Shown: in pieces, positions 14,501 through 28,718 of the stretch
Layout of the letters: each line of letters begins with the position of its first letter
Position numbering within the stretch: position 1 is the stretch's first letter
Source: Octopus vulgaris
Taxonomy: Eukaryota
NCBI GenBank assembly: GCA_951406725.2
Contig: OX597817.1
Span: 151,466,001 to 151,530,000, forward strand
Length of the DNA: 64,000 bases
Reading direction: 5' to 3'
Notes under the pieces: model-generated
Database searches by the model: none
Seen by the model: only the letters and a program-made list of their open reading frames with translations
What the model was told of the DNA's origin: nothing
Program-made: the position numbers and the translations under genes

Positions 14501-14865
14501 TAAAGGGATTAAGGGCGCTAGTCAGCACCAGTTTTGCTAGAAAAAGGAGTTAAAAACAACTCATAGCGACAAGGTAGTACTTATCTTAATGACCGACAAG
14601 GGACGCAAGCTCCCTTATTGCATCCGGGCACAGCCTGATCACAAGTGATTTCGCATTTTTATTAATGATCATCAGTGGCTCTCAATCGGCGCCTAGAGTT
14701 AAACTCAGCTCGCCTTGTCACTCTATAAGACTACCGTAGAAATCACACGCCGAGTTTAACTCAAGGCACCGGGTGAGAGCCACTCACGAGCATTATTAAA
14801 ATAATGCTCGTATATATATATATATATATATATACGTCACTAAAGGGATTAAGGGCGCTAGTCAC
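14497..14865. repeat. Near-perfect inverted duplicate of 14004-14307, plus a third short terminal copy at 14835
   Basis: 14497-14800 is the reverse complement of 14004-14307 with about one mismatch seen. Confidence 0.85.
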
Positions 14866-14883
14866 CGTATTTATATATATATA

Positions 14884-16459
14884 CTAGCATTATGACCCGT
14901 CGTTGTCGGGTCATAGTGCTAGTGCATGTATATATGTGCATATATATGTGTACATATTACATGTACATCTATATATTTATACATCTACACATAAAATACA
15001 AAATACAAAGTTATATCTTGATATCGCTAGTGATAACGATACTCAAAATATATAAGACTGGAATTGCAGGCCCGTCTCTTGCAATTTCGATCAATTGTAT
15101 CTTGTCCTCCCTCTTGTATAGAAGTGTGGCTACAATCCAGCCTACCTCTACTTCTGGGGTGGGGGGGCATTTAAAATTTTTATCCGGGACGTCCTACGTC
15201 AATGATATAAAGGTAAAAATAAAATATTTCCACTTTGCAAGGTTCCAGTCGAGTACTCCTTTGTACGCTCCGTTGACTCGAACTTTGCTTCTATTGTGGC
15301 GAATTTACCGCCTCTGGTTAGATATCTTTCATAGTCGCACCAAGACACTTTTCGATGGTGCTTTCCTCCAGGTGTTCAAATCTTTTTTTTCTCTACGTTG
15401 TATACTTTATAGACAATAGTCTTTTCTTTAATTTAATTTTTTATTTCGTTTTGTGGTGTTATCCTAGATTCACCGTCTTTGTCGGTGATCAATCCGTATT
15501 TCTTCCATTTTAATTTCAATGAGTTCGAGCCCGCCGACGGCTGCAGCGAAATTCATTTTTGGACTTTCTTCTATCGAAGGCATTCTAACAAAAATGCTTC
15601 CGTGTAAACGGTGAAAATATTGTCAATTTCCCCAAACTGGGACACAATTCAATTTTTAAACAATAACCAAAGCTCCTTCTCCCAAAGAGGGCGGGTTACA
15701 GTTTACAATTATTTAACAAATGAAACACAACAATGTTTCCTGTACGAGGAACCAACAAACGTGATAACAATAGTTAAACAGTAATAATAATAACAACAAA
15801 CCTTACGATGAATCAGAAAGCAGTAAGCAGTTGAAGCTTTAGTCCTTTATGTATACGAAATAACCAACAGCAGTACTCTGTAGAAGCGGCTGTTCGAGAA
15901 AACAGATATTACATACAGCCAAACCTCATATAGATACTTAATGCTAGCTAATTAGCAGATAATCTAATGTAAAAGCACAGCTCCATCTGGACTATTCCAT
16001 TTCTGCACGCTAATTTTATTTTTAATTTATTCCCATTCATGTGAAACCACTTATTCAAGTTCAAGTCATTGATACAATTTTATACCATTTGCTATTTTTA
16101 CATTTGTTATGTTACGATTATATTATACTTTAGCTTGCTTTTAATTATTACTTACTACATATAATTCAATTGTTATTATTATCTCTAATTTTTATTGTTA
16201 AAGTGAAAGTATCTGACATAAAATCGAGAAATGTTTTTGTTTCACTTTTAACACGTAATACTGAAATAGTGGAGAAGATATGACATTGCTATGGGCACGC
16301 CCTAGGCAAGAAATTGAGCATTTGTTTGTCCATGAAACTACATGGACCCTAAGTAAGGCATGTGTAAAATTTGAATGAAATTGGTTGTATAGTTCTCAAG
16401 TTTTAGGGAAACACATAAAGTCAGACAGACAGACACACATTCTCAGTTATATATATAGA
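14884..16459 (-). mobile_element. Non-autonomous Helitron-like element
   Basis: Minus strand starts A|TC at 16459 and ends CTAG|T at 14884, with subterminal hairpin atgacccg-tcgttgt-cgggtcat. Confidence 0.75.
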
Positions 16460-16857
16460 TATATATATATACACACACACACTCATATATAGGTGTATCT
16501 CTATGTATTGTCACACCTGTACACACGTGTACATATATCACACATGCATACATACATATATACATACATGTGTGAAAAAAGCGGTGGTTGCATGTGCTTA
16601 GGGCCTCATTGTTTTTTATTAAGCAGTATTGAAGAGTTGTGCTCTAATTTGAGAAGCGCCTTCTTCAGGCAAAGCTTGGCGGTTGAGCGTTGAGTGTTTC
16701 AGTCATCTTTTGTGTATGTATGTGTGTATGTGTGTGTGTGGTTGTCTGTCCGTACTACCGTACTACCGTACTACCTATGTACCTATTTTTCTTCTTATCT
16801 CTCTGTTTATCTACATATCTATCTATTTACCTATATATATATATATATGTATATATA

Positions 16858-16896
<39 letters not shown>

Positions 16897-16898
<2 letters not shown>

Positions 16899-17132
16899 CA
16901 CGTTGCTCCAGTTCACTCAGCTGTAGAAATGAGTTGCGACGTCACAGGTGCCAAGCTGTATCGACCTTTGTCTTTCCCTTGGATAACACTGGTGGCGTGG
17001 AGAGGGGAGGCCGGTATGCATGGGCGACTACTGGTCTTCCATAAAAAAACAACCTTGCCCAGACTTGTGCCTCAGAGGGTAACTCTCTAGGTGCAAACCC
17101 ATGGTCACTCATGACCGAAGGGGGTCTTTACC

Positions 17133-17135
<3 letters not shown>
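16897..17135 (+). mobile_element. 5'-truncated SINE
   Basis: Core tttcacgttgctccagttcactcagctg. Tail homologous to the reverse complements at 58905-59037 and 63936-64000. Confidence 0.7.
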
Positions 17136-17168
<33 letters not shown>

Positions 17169-17169
17169 A

Positions 17170-18324
17170 TGATGCCAAGGATTCAGCGGTACATATGTTT
17201 CGGGCCTTTATTAGACGGATTTATAACAATGCATAATGTGTGTCTATGGCCTTCAGCTGCGCACAATTACTACTTCAAAGACATGTATTACATCAAAAAT
17301 TCTACGTTGGGGATGCAAATCCTCTCAGTCGTGTACGACATAATGCGGTATCAGCACAAAAATGAAGCGTCCATCCCGTCTTTCTCTCAATGTAGAATGA
17401 GGAAGTTTGGATGTTGAGGTAATATAAATAAATGAATAAATAAATATATAAATACACACAGACGTGAAGGAACCTGGTAATAAGAGTAAATAGGGATAAA
17501 GATAGAGGGGCGAGAATTAAGGACGAAAGATAAAAAAATATAAATATAGAAATATAAAATATAAAGAAATATAAAAAAAGTATAAATGAATATAAAGATA
17601 TAAAAAAATATTAAAAAGTATCAAAAATATAAAAGAATATAAGGATAAGGGATATAAAGTGGTTACAAACTAACATGGTGGTCAGGAAGATGACATATTC
17701 TGGTTGTAGAAGCCTAAGCAGTGGGTGTCATAAATCAACTGGGACATCTGGGGACCCGGTATATTGCAGATTAGGGTGGTCTGGTTTGTGGTTAAACCGC
17801 TTATTTATTTCCTCGTAAATTGTCTAGTGGTCAACATGTACATACGTACACGTATGGATACATATACACATATACACGCGTACATATACGCACGCATACA
17901 CAACCACAAGCATACAAGCATACATACGTACTCTCGTGTAAAAATATACAGATACATACGGGAAAAGGCGCATGTAGTTGGGTACACGAACTGACGCGCA
18001 TACGTACGTATATACATACACGCACATGCGCGCATACAGGCACACTCGCACTTACACTCATTCACAAGACGAAGTGAATCTCTATGCATATGGACAAAAA
18101 TATGTATACACCCACACTCACGCCCACACCCGTACACATGGGGGAGTAGATCCCTATGTATATACACAAAAATATGCATATGCACAGACACAGGTATAAC
18201 AAGTAGATCCATTCTCGCACACAGGCAAGATACGGAATTATAGTGGGTACAAAAGGTAGACATGAAAGTAAGAAACCAGAGGGTAAGAAAGTATAACAGA
18301 ATATATACATATACATATATATAT

Positions 18325-18369
<45 letters not shown>

Positions 18370-19760
18370 CATATATATATACACATACATATACATATAC
18401 ACATACACACACACGCATATATATGTGTACATACATACACACACACATATATATACATACACGCATATATACATACACATGGACCCACACACTCACATCC
18501 ACACGCACACACATATCTGTGTGTCTATATATGCGTATACACATACATATACATACACAGACACACACACACATATATAGATATATATAAAATATATAAA
18601 AAATATTAAAAAATACAAAAAAATATAAAAAAGGCATAAACACACATACATATTCATACGCACACACATATATACATATACATACAGATACATAGATAAG
18701 CATATAAGGAAAAAGAACTGAAAATAGACATACAAAGAGATAAAAAGTAATAAAATAGGGGTAAAAATAGAAGTAAAAATAAGGATAAAATTAAAAATTA
18801 GAAATAAAATAAAATAAAACATAAAGGTAATCGAGTAAAGATTAACATGAAATGAAGGTAAAAATAAAAGGTGGTTGCAAAGGTAAAGTTACAGGTGTGT
18901 GTTAAAGGTGACCACCTAGGGGCGGGGAGGGGAACTGAGGCAGGGAAGAGGGGAAAATTACGGAGTAGTCATAAGTGAAAGGGTGGGAAGCGGGGTTCGG
19001 GGTGTGTGCGCTCAACATCAAAGCTAGAAATGGAAAAAGGTATAGGTATAGGGGAAAATATATATATTTAGGAAAAAGATAGATGTAGGAAAAGAAATAT
19101 ATAGGAAAAAAATATATGGGAGACAAAATATATATATAGGAATAATATATATATATATAGGAAAAAAATGGGATGTGCTGGAGCCGACAAGTTGTACTGG
19201 GATGGGAGGATATTGCTTGGGGGAGTTGGTATAATAGCCTAAGCTTTGTAGTATTTAAAAGTATTGGTTAGTTTGTGTATACAAGAGGGCTTGAATTCAG
19301 ATCTTTTATTAATTAGATTGTGTTTCTCCTTGAATTTCAAGATATTCAGGAGTTCCACACATCCTGTTCTATTATTTAAATAAGGTGCAGCTGATCCGAT
19401 GATGGACCACCTGAGTTTGAAACCTATGCTATTGTCTTTTAATTCCCAAATTTTTTTAGATAGGGAGGTGCTGCTAGCCTTGTGTCTATGCTTGAACGAG
19501 GACCGGTGGTTGTAGTATCTGGATTTCCAGGAGGTCGAGCAACCTATGTAGGTGAGTGTGTTAAACTGGGTACTCACCTCACATGAATAGATTACGTTTT
19601 TAGCCCGACATTCCCCACGTAACGGACATTCGGATGCACTTATGCAGTTGCAGGGCACTGCGTTTCCCGGTCGTGTGCTATTAGCCCCAGGCGGAGGTGT
19701 TGCATTAAGTGTAGGAGCACTGTTATCCTCCTGGTTGTTGATGGGTGTGGTGTTGCCTCT
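17170..19760 (-). mobile_element. Penelope-like element 3' portion with GIY-YIG endonuclease
   Basis: ORF 19239-19658 reads CNC..CPLRGECRAKNVIYSC..YIG..WKSRYYNHRSSF..LINKRSE..CIH, typical of PLE GIY-YIG domains. Microsatellite-rich downstream region; left boundary approximate. Confidence 0.75.
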
Positions 19761-20379
19761 GTTGTGTTGACGTCCGTCAGCTGTAAAACTCCCACTTATA
19801 AGCGAACTCCGTATTCAGCCCAAGCTAACGCTAATTCTAATTTAACTTCTAACAGAACTAAGCAACGTATAGAAAGAAGGCGAACCAATAGAATGGTACG
19901 CATTGAAAACCCCTCCGACGAGAGTAACACCAACCATATTAGGGGAAATAGAGGCGGAAACAGAGGTGTGACAGATGTAATGCAGAGGGTAATATGTAAA
20001 TGTAGTAGGCATGACAATTACATAGCTTAATGAAGCGTGAAACAAATGAGTGGGGGAGAAAGGAGAGATGTTTACAGTAGTTTCTGTTTGACCCAATGCC
20101 ATCGTTCCTCGTTCAGCCCCCAAACCGTCTGCAACAGGCTGTCACGATCACAAGTAGGAAACTGGATCCCTTTGGCTGGTCCTATTTATAAAAGTTTGCA
20201 GTCGATAGAAAGATGGACAAACCTTAGCTAAATATTCAGTTTAGATCCGGTTCATGTGAACTTAATTTTACTAAGCTGGTCATTAAAAACTCATCAATCA
20301 CTGTTTCAATTGACAGAACAAAGAAGTTTTTCTCGCCGCAAACTGATTTGACGGGCGAAAGTGCAACCAGTAATCCTAA

Positions 20380-21840
20380 GATGCGGATTCAAATTTCAGG
20401 CGATAGAACTGATATTCGTTCTTTATAACTGGTTTCATTACACATAATACCATCTAACTCCTTTCTAGCTCCCCTGTATACTCGAACCATATCTTTCTGG
20501 TCATATCCAGAGAATTGCATATGGAGCACGAATTCCTGTACATGTTTCTTTGTTTCATAGGGTTCGCATAAGGAGAACACGTTGTTCATTATCCTAAGTC
20601 AACTATCAGTATGTTGATTTTCATGTTGTGCGACAAACTTCTTGTGAACAACATATTTAGAAGCTATGGGTTACATGTAATAGGAGTGGAGGAGCTGCAC
20701 TCTGTTGTTCACAGTTTCTAATCAAAGTTCAGTATCAAGGATAGGGAGGCAATTGTTATGGTGTCTAGTGGTGTAATCTATGGTTACCTTGACATTTGGT
20801 GGATAGAGTTAGCTACATGCTGGATGCTCTCCATATGCTACTCTCAGTTTCTATATTGCAGTTTCCTAGTGTTTATCCTAACTAGAATATTAATGTCATC
20901 TACATACCTACAGTAAAGCAAAACAGTTGTGGATTGTTCAGCTAAGGATTGCTTAAGTTTACTGTCCCACCATGTCATGAAGAGGCCAACAACATCTCCA
21001 GCCACACCGACACCAATGCTTGCACCTTGAACTTGCATGTATAGTTTCCCGTTAAACTTTATTATGTGGTTCTTCAAACTGGTTCTTGTGCTAGCTCCTA
21101 TTGCATATACAATCATTCTTTTCACCTGACTGTTGTTCTCAGGATCCTGGGTGGGTATAGTCCAGCCACTCCAGCGCTCTGCGGTACTTTTATTCACTGC
21201 CGAGGTGATGGAGGGTGGTCTTCCCCTCTGTGACCTGGTGGGAGGGAATCTATTGAGGTTAGGATTGTCTAGGTAGTTACAGTCACGTCTTAGTTTAAGG
21301 AGGAGGCCCAGTTCCCTCGTATTGACTTCGCGGAACTCTACCTCCCGCTCAAAGATAATCTCAATGCATTTTTTTCACAGCAAAATGTATGTCTATAGAT
21401 GGGTAGAGTGAAACTACATCCATACTGCTCACTATACAACCTGTGAGATCGTTGGAGTGGTTGAAACTACTGCTTCTACTGAGGAGATCCTCTGTGCTCA
21501 CACAGACATCCAGGGATATTTCAATGAGTGATCGTAACACCTGTGAAAGAAAGTAGGATATCCTGTAATTGCTGGAGATATTCGCTCGGCAAACTGGCCA
21601 GATTCGGGGGCCCATAACAGCTTTTACGTAAGGTTTATGGTCCTTACGTAACCCGTATAGCGTAAGAACATCGTTGTTGAATGCTTGGAAATTTTGTGCA
21701 ATCTGTTTCTTGGGTTGGAATATGTTGTACCACATTACCATGTGTGCATTGAGAAGATTTTCCATTCTTTCCTCTTCCTGTGATGCAACTTCTCTCATGC
21801 TACTGACGTATTGTTGCATAGCCCGGACATAGTTCTGTGG
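20380..21840 (-). mobile_element. Penelope-like reverse transcriptase, pseudogenised
   Basis: Fragments LYGLRKDHK, SMDVVSLYPSID, QVQGASIGVGVAG and YCRYVDDI across several frames with stops. Confidence 0.85.
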
Positions 21841-21879
21841 GCTGTCTATTGAAATATATACATATATATATATATATTG

Positions 21880-22125
21880 AAAGGTCCTTCCCAAGCCAGA
21901 GGCTCATAAGGCCGGTTTCCCGGATTCTGTGGTGTATGTATTCCCCCTCCCTGGACAGGACACCTGTCTGTCACAGGATTACTCATTTTTTCCTCCTGAC
22001 TGGATTGGAGCAACATGAAATGAAGTGCTTAGCTCAAGTAAACAACATATCGCCTGATCCAGGGATCGAAACCAAAATCTTGCAATCATGAATACAACAC
22101 CCAAACCACTAATCACGCGCCTCCA
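21880..22125 (-). mobile_element. tRNA-derived SINE
   Basis: Reverse complement homologous to 24018-24265. Confidence 0.75.
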
Positions 22126-24017
22126 CACACACACACATTTAGATATACATATTCGTGTATGTTTTAAGCGTATCCTTGTACGTATTTATGTTTCATGGTG
22201 CTTACGCTATTGTAAACCGAGATACGCCCTTTAATGTGAAAAGTATATCTGAGCGTGTCAATATAAATATGCATGGTTAAGAAATGCGCAAGTCTGAACA
22301 GGATATTTGATCGATATGATAAACTAAAACCCGTGAAGATAATATCTCTACATTTCTTGCCAAGAGATGGAGAATAAAAAAAATGTTTAACAATTCACAA
22401 TATGTTGATGAGGTTATAAATATATAATTTCACAATCATTTCGAGAAACATTTCAATGACCCTCGTTTCATCGAGTAAGGATCACAACTGTTCAAACTCA
22501 GTAAATCTCTCAAGAGCCATCTCGAAGATTTAGGTTTTGAAGAATCTGTAATTTCTCATTAAGCTTGCTCTGAAACTCACTTAAAACTTGGCAACTCACA
22601 TTATAATGAAATTTCACCATCGAATATTCCTTTGCAGCATCTCACTGCTAAATTATAATTCATCTTTCATTATGTTTGTCATTTTGTTTTTCTTCCTTCC
22701 TTCTTTCTTTTTATTCTTTCTTCCCCCGTTTCTTTATCTATCTCCTCTCTCCATTTCTTGCTTAACTGCTTCTTTCTTTCTGTCTTTCTTTCTTCTCTCG
22801 CACATCTCTCGTTTTTCCTTCTCTCCCTCTCTATCTCCTCTCTCACTTTATTTTTTATTTTACTTTCTCTCTTTATCTATCTCCTCACTCACTTCTTGTT
22901 TTACTTCCTCATTCGATCTTTCTTTCTCTCCCCTATCTTGTTTCACTTCTCTCATTCTTTGCATAGCTTTCTCTCTCCTACCATTCTCTTTCTTCTTTCC
23001 CCTGCTTCACCACTAATGTTAGATCATTTATTGCAGTTTGTAATTTCATATTCTCCAGTTAAAGCAGTTAATAGCTTGAAAATCTCCGCCGTAAAATTTG
23101 AGCTGGTGTTTAATGACTAGATGTCGCTATATCTAAGTTGGATTTCACTTTTTCCTTCATATTCTTCTTGCATAAACCCAATCTCTATATTTAAGGGGAA
23201 AAAATCTGTTTCTATTTATTTGGAAAGTATTTAACATTTTTTTAAAGGCAAGCACGACTTCCTTCGCCTTTTTCTCTTTTTTATTTTGAGCATCTCATGT
23301 TATCCCACGCCCCACCCTACTTCTTCTTAATTCTAGAAATTGAGAAATGATTCATTTCAGTTTTAGAAAGGACATTTTTTTTTCGAATTTTCTGGAAATT
23401 CTGTTTTTAATTTTTTTTTTATTCTACGTAATGTAATGTCTAAATTGAGAGTTTTCTAAAAAAAATTTCTCATCAGACTAAGACAAGAAAATAAATTATA
23501 GAAATAAGAATTTTTTAAAAATTCTAAGTGAGAGAACAAATTTAAAATACTGAATATAAAAACAAGGAAAACCTAAGACCAAAATATTGATAAATTATAG
23601 CAAAATAAGAATTAAGTTTAAAAACTTAAAATGACATTCGGTGCTCTCTTTTTTCTTTAAGACAAAAATCACTTGACTTAAAGAGTAGTGTGTAGCTCAA
23701 GGCTACGATTTCGATTTTTTCTCCGTGCCTTTATATTTTCTTTTTCTGGCTGTGTATGTGTGTGTATTTGTACGTGTACATGTGTACGTATGTGTGTATG
23801 CAGTTGTGTATTTATGCGTGTTTATTTTGATAACGGAAATTACAAACCTAGCTTACTTTCAAAAACCATCAGGGTACCACACTGATAATTTCGAAACGTC
23901 AAAGAAACACGACTAGCCTTGTAAGTACCATCATCTGAATAAATACAACTCTGTACTCTACTCCTCTTTACATTAAATTAGACCTCTCCCAGTTTTTAAA
24001 TGGGTATCTACTTATGT

Positions 24018-24265
24018 GTGGAGGCGCGTGGCTTAGTGGTTAGGGTGTCAGCATCATGATCACAAGATTGTGGTTTCGATTCCTGGACCGGGCGACGCGT
24101 TGTGTTCTTGAGCAAAACACTTCATTTCACGTTACTTCAGTTCACTCAGCTGGCAAAAATGAGTAACACTGCGATGGACTGGCGTCCCGTTCAGCTGGGG
24201 AACACATACGCTATGGAAACCGGGAAACCGGGCCCATGAGACTGGCTAGCTTTAAAAGGGCGCAT
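24018..24265 (+). mobile_element. tRNA-derived SINE
   Basis: Head gtggaggcgcgtggcttagtggttagg...ggtttcgattcc and core gtgttcttgagcaaaacacttcatttcac. Confidence 0.8.
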
Positions 24266-26914
24266 TTATTAATTTTTTTTATCTACTTATGTAAATATAA
24301 GCGTGTGCGTGTGCGTGTGCGTGTGCGTGTGCGCGTGTGTAAGTATATATTGATATATAATCACTACAAACATAAGGGAACTTGCCTGCCGAATACTTCG
24401 CACAATGGACTGAAATATTACATGTTTACTTTTAAAGTATTGTTTCGAAATAATCGATGATCGTTCTATTATTTTCTAGATATGAGGCTGACCTTTGTGT
24501 TGACATTTATTTCAAATTGTCCATCACACGAATACAACAATTTCATAATAACTTCAGCCAAGATGAACGAATTAACGTTTCCTGAGAGTTTTAAATTCTA
24601 TCACAGAATATCGCCTAATGCTCTTTAATGCTATCTAATTCTCTGCAAAAAGAAAAACACCGAAAAAAAATCTATAAAAAAATATTGCTTAATCGTCTTA
24701 AAACATTGCTTTCGTTAATGCATGGCCATTAAACAACTGTTTTAAGCAGCAAATAATATTATTTCGTTGATATAACTACTTGAAATCCCCGTCGTTTAAC
24801 ACATTTTAGCTGACCTTATAACTGCACTTCAGTAATATTTACAACTTCGTATATCGTGGAAATGTTCTCACGGGACATAGCATTGTATTTGGCTATAATA
24901 AATCGTTTGTATCTAATAGTAAATTGATATGGAACTGCCACAATGAATATTGATATCGCTGGCCTCATCTACATACAGACACGATGACGAGTGTGGAGGT
25001 ATTGTATGAATGACATGATCCAGCAATGGCACTATACATAGAAAATATGGAAATATTCGATCTATCTCAGTAGTCAACAACATAACAAATGTGTCTCTTT
25101 TAAAGCTAATGAGGTAATGTTTACAGCGATTTATTGTGCTTTAACTATACAATATTCATACGCATAACCATTAATGCAATAAATGGATATCTAGGAAAAT
25201 ATACAAACGAATGTCTTGTATCCGACAGATTCAATTATTCAATGAAATATCGAAGTTCTATAAGGTATTCGTAAAATCTCCCACGAAGATTTACTCGTAA
25301 GACAGACGCGTTCACATTACTGGAAATGCACATTAACATAAGTATGATCTGAAAGGATTCGCGCTAATATAAGAATCTTATCACTTTGTAACTTTGACCG
25401 GCTTCTCATGTGTTACTATGAAACCATCGAAATTAAGACGTCATTGAATGTACACTGACAACACGTTATAAGATTAGCTTAGTGATAGAAAACTAAAACG
25501 GTGTACTATATATCAAGCAACGTAAATAGATAGCAAATTCTGTTTCTGTCAAATCTGTTGGTTATCTATTTATTATCAATGAATTTTATTTTAAGAGTGA
25601 TAAATAGCTAAGATTAATTGCTTTCGTGCATGTATATGGTTTATTAAGTTGAAATGAATGCTATATATAAGTAACAGTATATAGAATCTAACTTGTCACA
25701 ATTCTTGTTTTAGAAGCTTCTTAATTGTCGTCGCAAATTTCAACAATTTCCTACGCATAGATTAATCATTTGTACATAAAATAAGCAGGTTAGAATGAGG
25801 TTTATAATGCAGTGATTATAAACGCGAAGAAAAAAAAACATAAAAAAAGCTTATGATCTGTTTTTTTCTATTCATCAAGACAGCACGGGAAATTTAAACA
25901 GCCTGTTGACTTAGGTTCCAGATTGTCAGTGCATGTCACTGAAAAAGATATGTTCTCCGGTAGAATGGAATTTGAAAGAGAAACGGGTTGGGCTGTCGTC
26001 ATTCATGGAGAACAAAACAAAATAAGGCATAATTAGAATTTTATTTGGTGGTAAGTATGAATATTATGACCAAGTATTCGTTGATGATGAAGAATAATTT
26101 TAAGGTGTGAAGTTACTGCTTTATCATATAATCCCTGGAAATATTTAACGACGCAAAGCAGTTGTATAAAGTAGAAATTAGGTTTAGGAAATTGCGTCCC
26201 AAATCAGTAAGTTCTTTTGTAAAATACATTTCAGAAATATAAAATGGCGTATATTTGCTATTAGCTGTTTGTAGAGTGTCTCGACAAATTTTCACTATTC
26301 TAGGGTAACGACTACAATCAAAATTAGTTTATATTTTCGAAAATAACAAGACAAATCTTGATAAATTTTTCTTTCGTAGCCAGTCTGGGAGTGAAAGGAT
26401 TTGTAGGACTAGTTGTGATGTGAACACTTCTTTCTTGGTTCCTTTAATATAGGTCGATTTCAAGAGAGATACCTTCAGTACTGACCACGAAGGGATGAAA
26501 AGTAAAGTCAATCTAGGTGGGAGTTGAACTCAGAGCACATATAACTAAAAGAAATACGACGAGGCAGTCTCGGGATTCTGCCAATTCGCTGACTTATTTT
26601 GGAACTCAATAATACTTTGAAAGAAATGTACTGCCATTGTTGGAGACAGACCAATTCTAAAAGCATCCAATGTCGCCTACACAAACACAGTTATTTTATT
26701 TTTAAACAGTTCGATGTTTTTCGAAATATATATAAAAGAAATACGGATTAGTAAAGGAAAGAGAAAATGAATGAATGCGACATTAAGAAATGATTTTGTG
26801 GGAGGCGTTTGTCATGTGACTGAAGTGAAATATTTACAATCCGGAAGTTAAATCTCTAAATTATGGGTGCAATTTATTCACAAGTTAATGTTAAATTATG
26901 TTGAGTAATCCATT

Positions 26915-27124
26915 CTACTAAAGGCACAAGGCCCGTAATTTTGGAGGAAGGGATTAATCGATTACATCGACCCCAGTGTTTCACTGGTACTTAATTTATC
27001 GACCCCGAAAGGATGAAAAGCAAAGTCGACCCGAGTGGAATTTGAGCCCAGAACGTAAAGACGGGTGAAATGTCGCTAAGCATTTTGTTGTGGGTGCTAA
27101 CGATTTTGCCGACTCGCCGCCTTA
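26915..27124 (-). mobile_element. SINE family B variant
   Basis: Core atcgaccccgaaaggatgaaaagcaaagtcgac and head ctcgccgcctt. Confidence 0.75.
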
Positions 27125-28485
27125 AATTATGTTAAATAATGACAATAATATATAGTCCAGCCATTGTGGATATCATATAGTAGAAAGTAAATCATGGAAC
27201 CTAGTTTTGATAACTAAGCAACTATTTTAACATGAGAAAGACATGGACACCATAACATTCTCTCTATCAATCTTTCTCTCTCCCTCTTCCTCTTCTCTCT
27301 CTTTCTTCCCCCCTCTCTCTCTCTTTTGTTATAGATATTTATCTTGAATCTACGCAAGGAATTCATCATAACTTCAACAACGATGAACATCCTTGTTGGA
27401 CGCCATAAAAAGAGACACGCTCCCGTTGAGATATGTCCACGTATTGGTTCCGATATCCGGTTGGAGCTACATCTCTGCTAGTCAATCATTCATAGTTATT
27501 TGCAAGACACAGTCTCATTTCTTTAGCCTTATTTATTATAGATCTTTGTGTTTATGTTAAAAATAAGTAAAAGAATCATCATATTTGATTGGATCGTCTG
27601 CTTATTTCATATTTCATCTTTTGTTGTCGACAGCAGTAGTCAACCATTAATAGCCAACCAAATCAATCTTGATATTTTTGTATTTTAAATATATTTGTCA
27701 GCATGACTAAGCATTCTGTAACCAAGTTTAGATTTGAAAGTGAGTATTGAAGACTAGACTCGTAGATGGGTAAGATTACAGAGATCTAACAAGCTGTCGT
27801 CAAAATCAATTGGTGACCTTAAGCATACAGCTTAATAAAAAAGAAATGTGTCATATTTTCTCTGTGGCAAAAGAAGGTTCTCATTATAGAAAGAGACTTT
27901 CATGTCTCATAGTCAATACTTGAAATAAATATTTTGTTTGAGAGCGCCAAATCGTTCCTTTATGTTTCATGTTATTATTGTCATGTATAATAAACTATAA
28001 GTTATAGTCATGTATAAATTATCTCAATAGTTGTAAAGAGATCTCAATTTAATGGCGTAGCTTGATTAATGTCTAATGAACACTGTTTCTTGGCATTTTA
28101 TTTGCACATTATGAATTGTCTGATGAGAATGCACTAACCACTTCACTAAATATTACATTTCACATTTTAAAAATGCACTTCATTAAAAAAATAGTTTTTC
28201 TGCTAGCTCATAGAAAGAAATTGTTCCAAATTTTGATACAAGGACAGTAATTTTAGGAGGAGGGAGTCACTCGATTACATCGATCATCACCTTGCTCAGA
28301 TAGTACTTGTTTTATCGACCCCGATAAGATGAAAAGAGAAGTTGATCTCATCTGAATCTGAACTCAAAATGTAAGGAGTTGGAAGAAATGCCGTAAAGTA
28401 TTTTGTCTGACGCGTTAATGAGCCTGTCATTAGCGTTTCATTAGCTGTCGTTATTGACTGTGCTTAAGTATATTCTTCAGAAAAT

Positions 28486-28718
28486 AAGGCGGCGAGCTGG
28501 GAGAAACGTTAGCACGCCGGGCAAAATGCGTAGCCGTATTTCGTCTGTCGTTACGTTCCGAGTTCAAATTCCGCCGAGGTCGACTTTGCCTTTCATCCTT
28601 TCGGGGTCGATAAATTAAGTACTAGTTACGCACTGGCGTCGACGTAATCGACTTACTCGCTTTGTCTATCCTTGTTTGTCCCCTCTGTGTTTAGCCCCTT
28701 GTGGGTAGTAAAGAAATA
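28486..28718 (+). mobile_element. SINE family B, full length, with 17 bp TSD
   Basis: Runs aaggcggcgagctgg...gcccccttgtggg-type tail ending tagtaaagaaa. TSD tatattcttcagaaaat at 28469 and 28719. Confidence 0.9.

Noticed and set aside
22588-23120. Hydrophobic 142 aa and 120 aa ORFs
   Set aside because: CT-rich low-complexity sequence.
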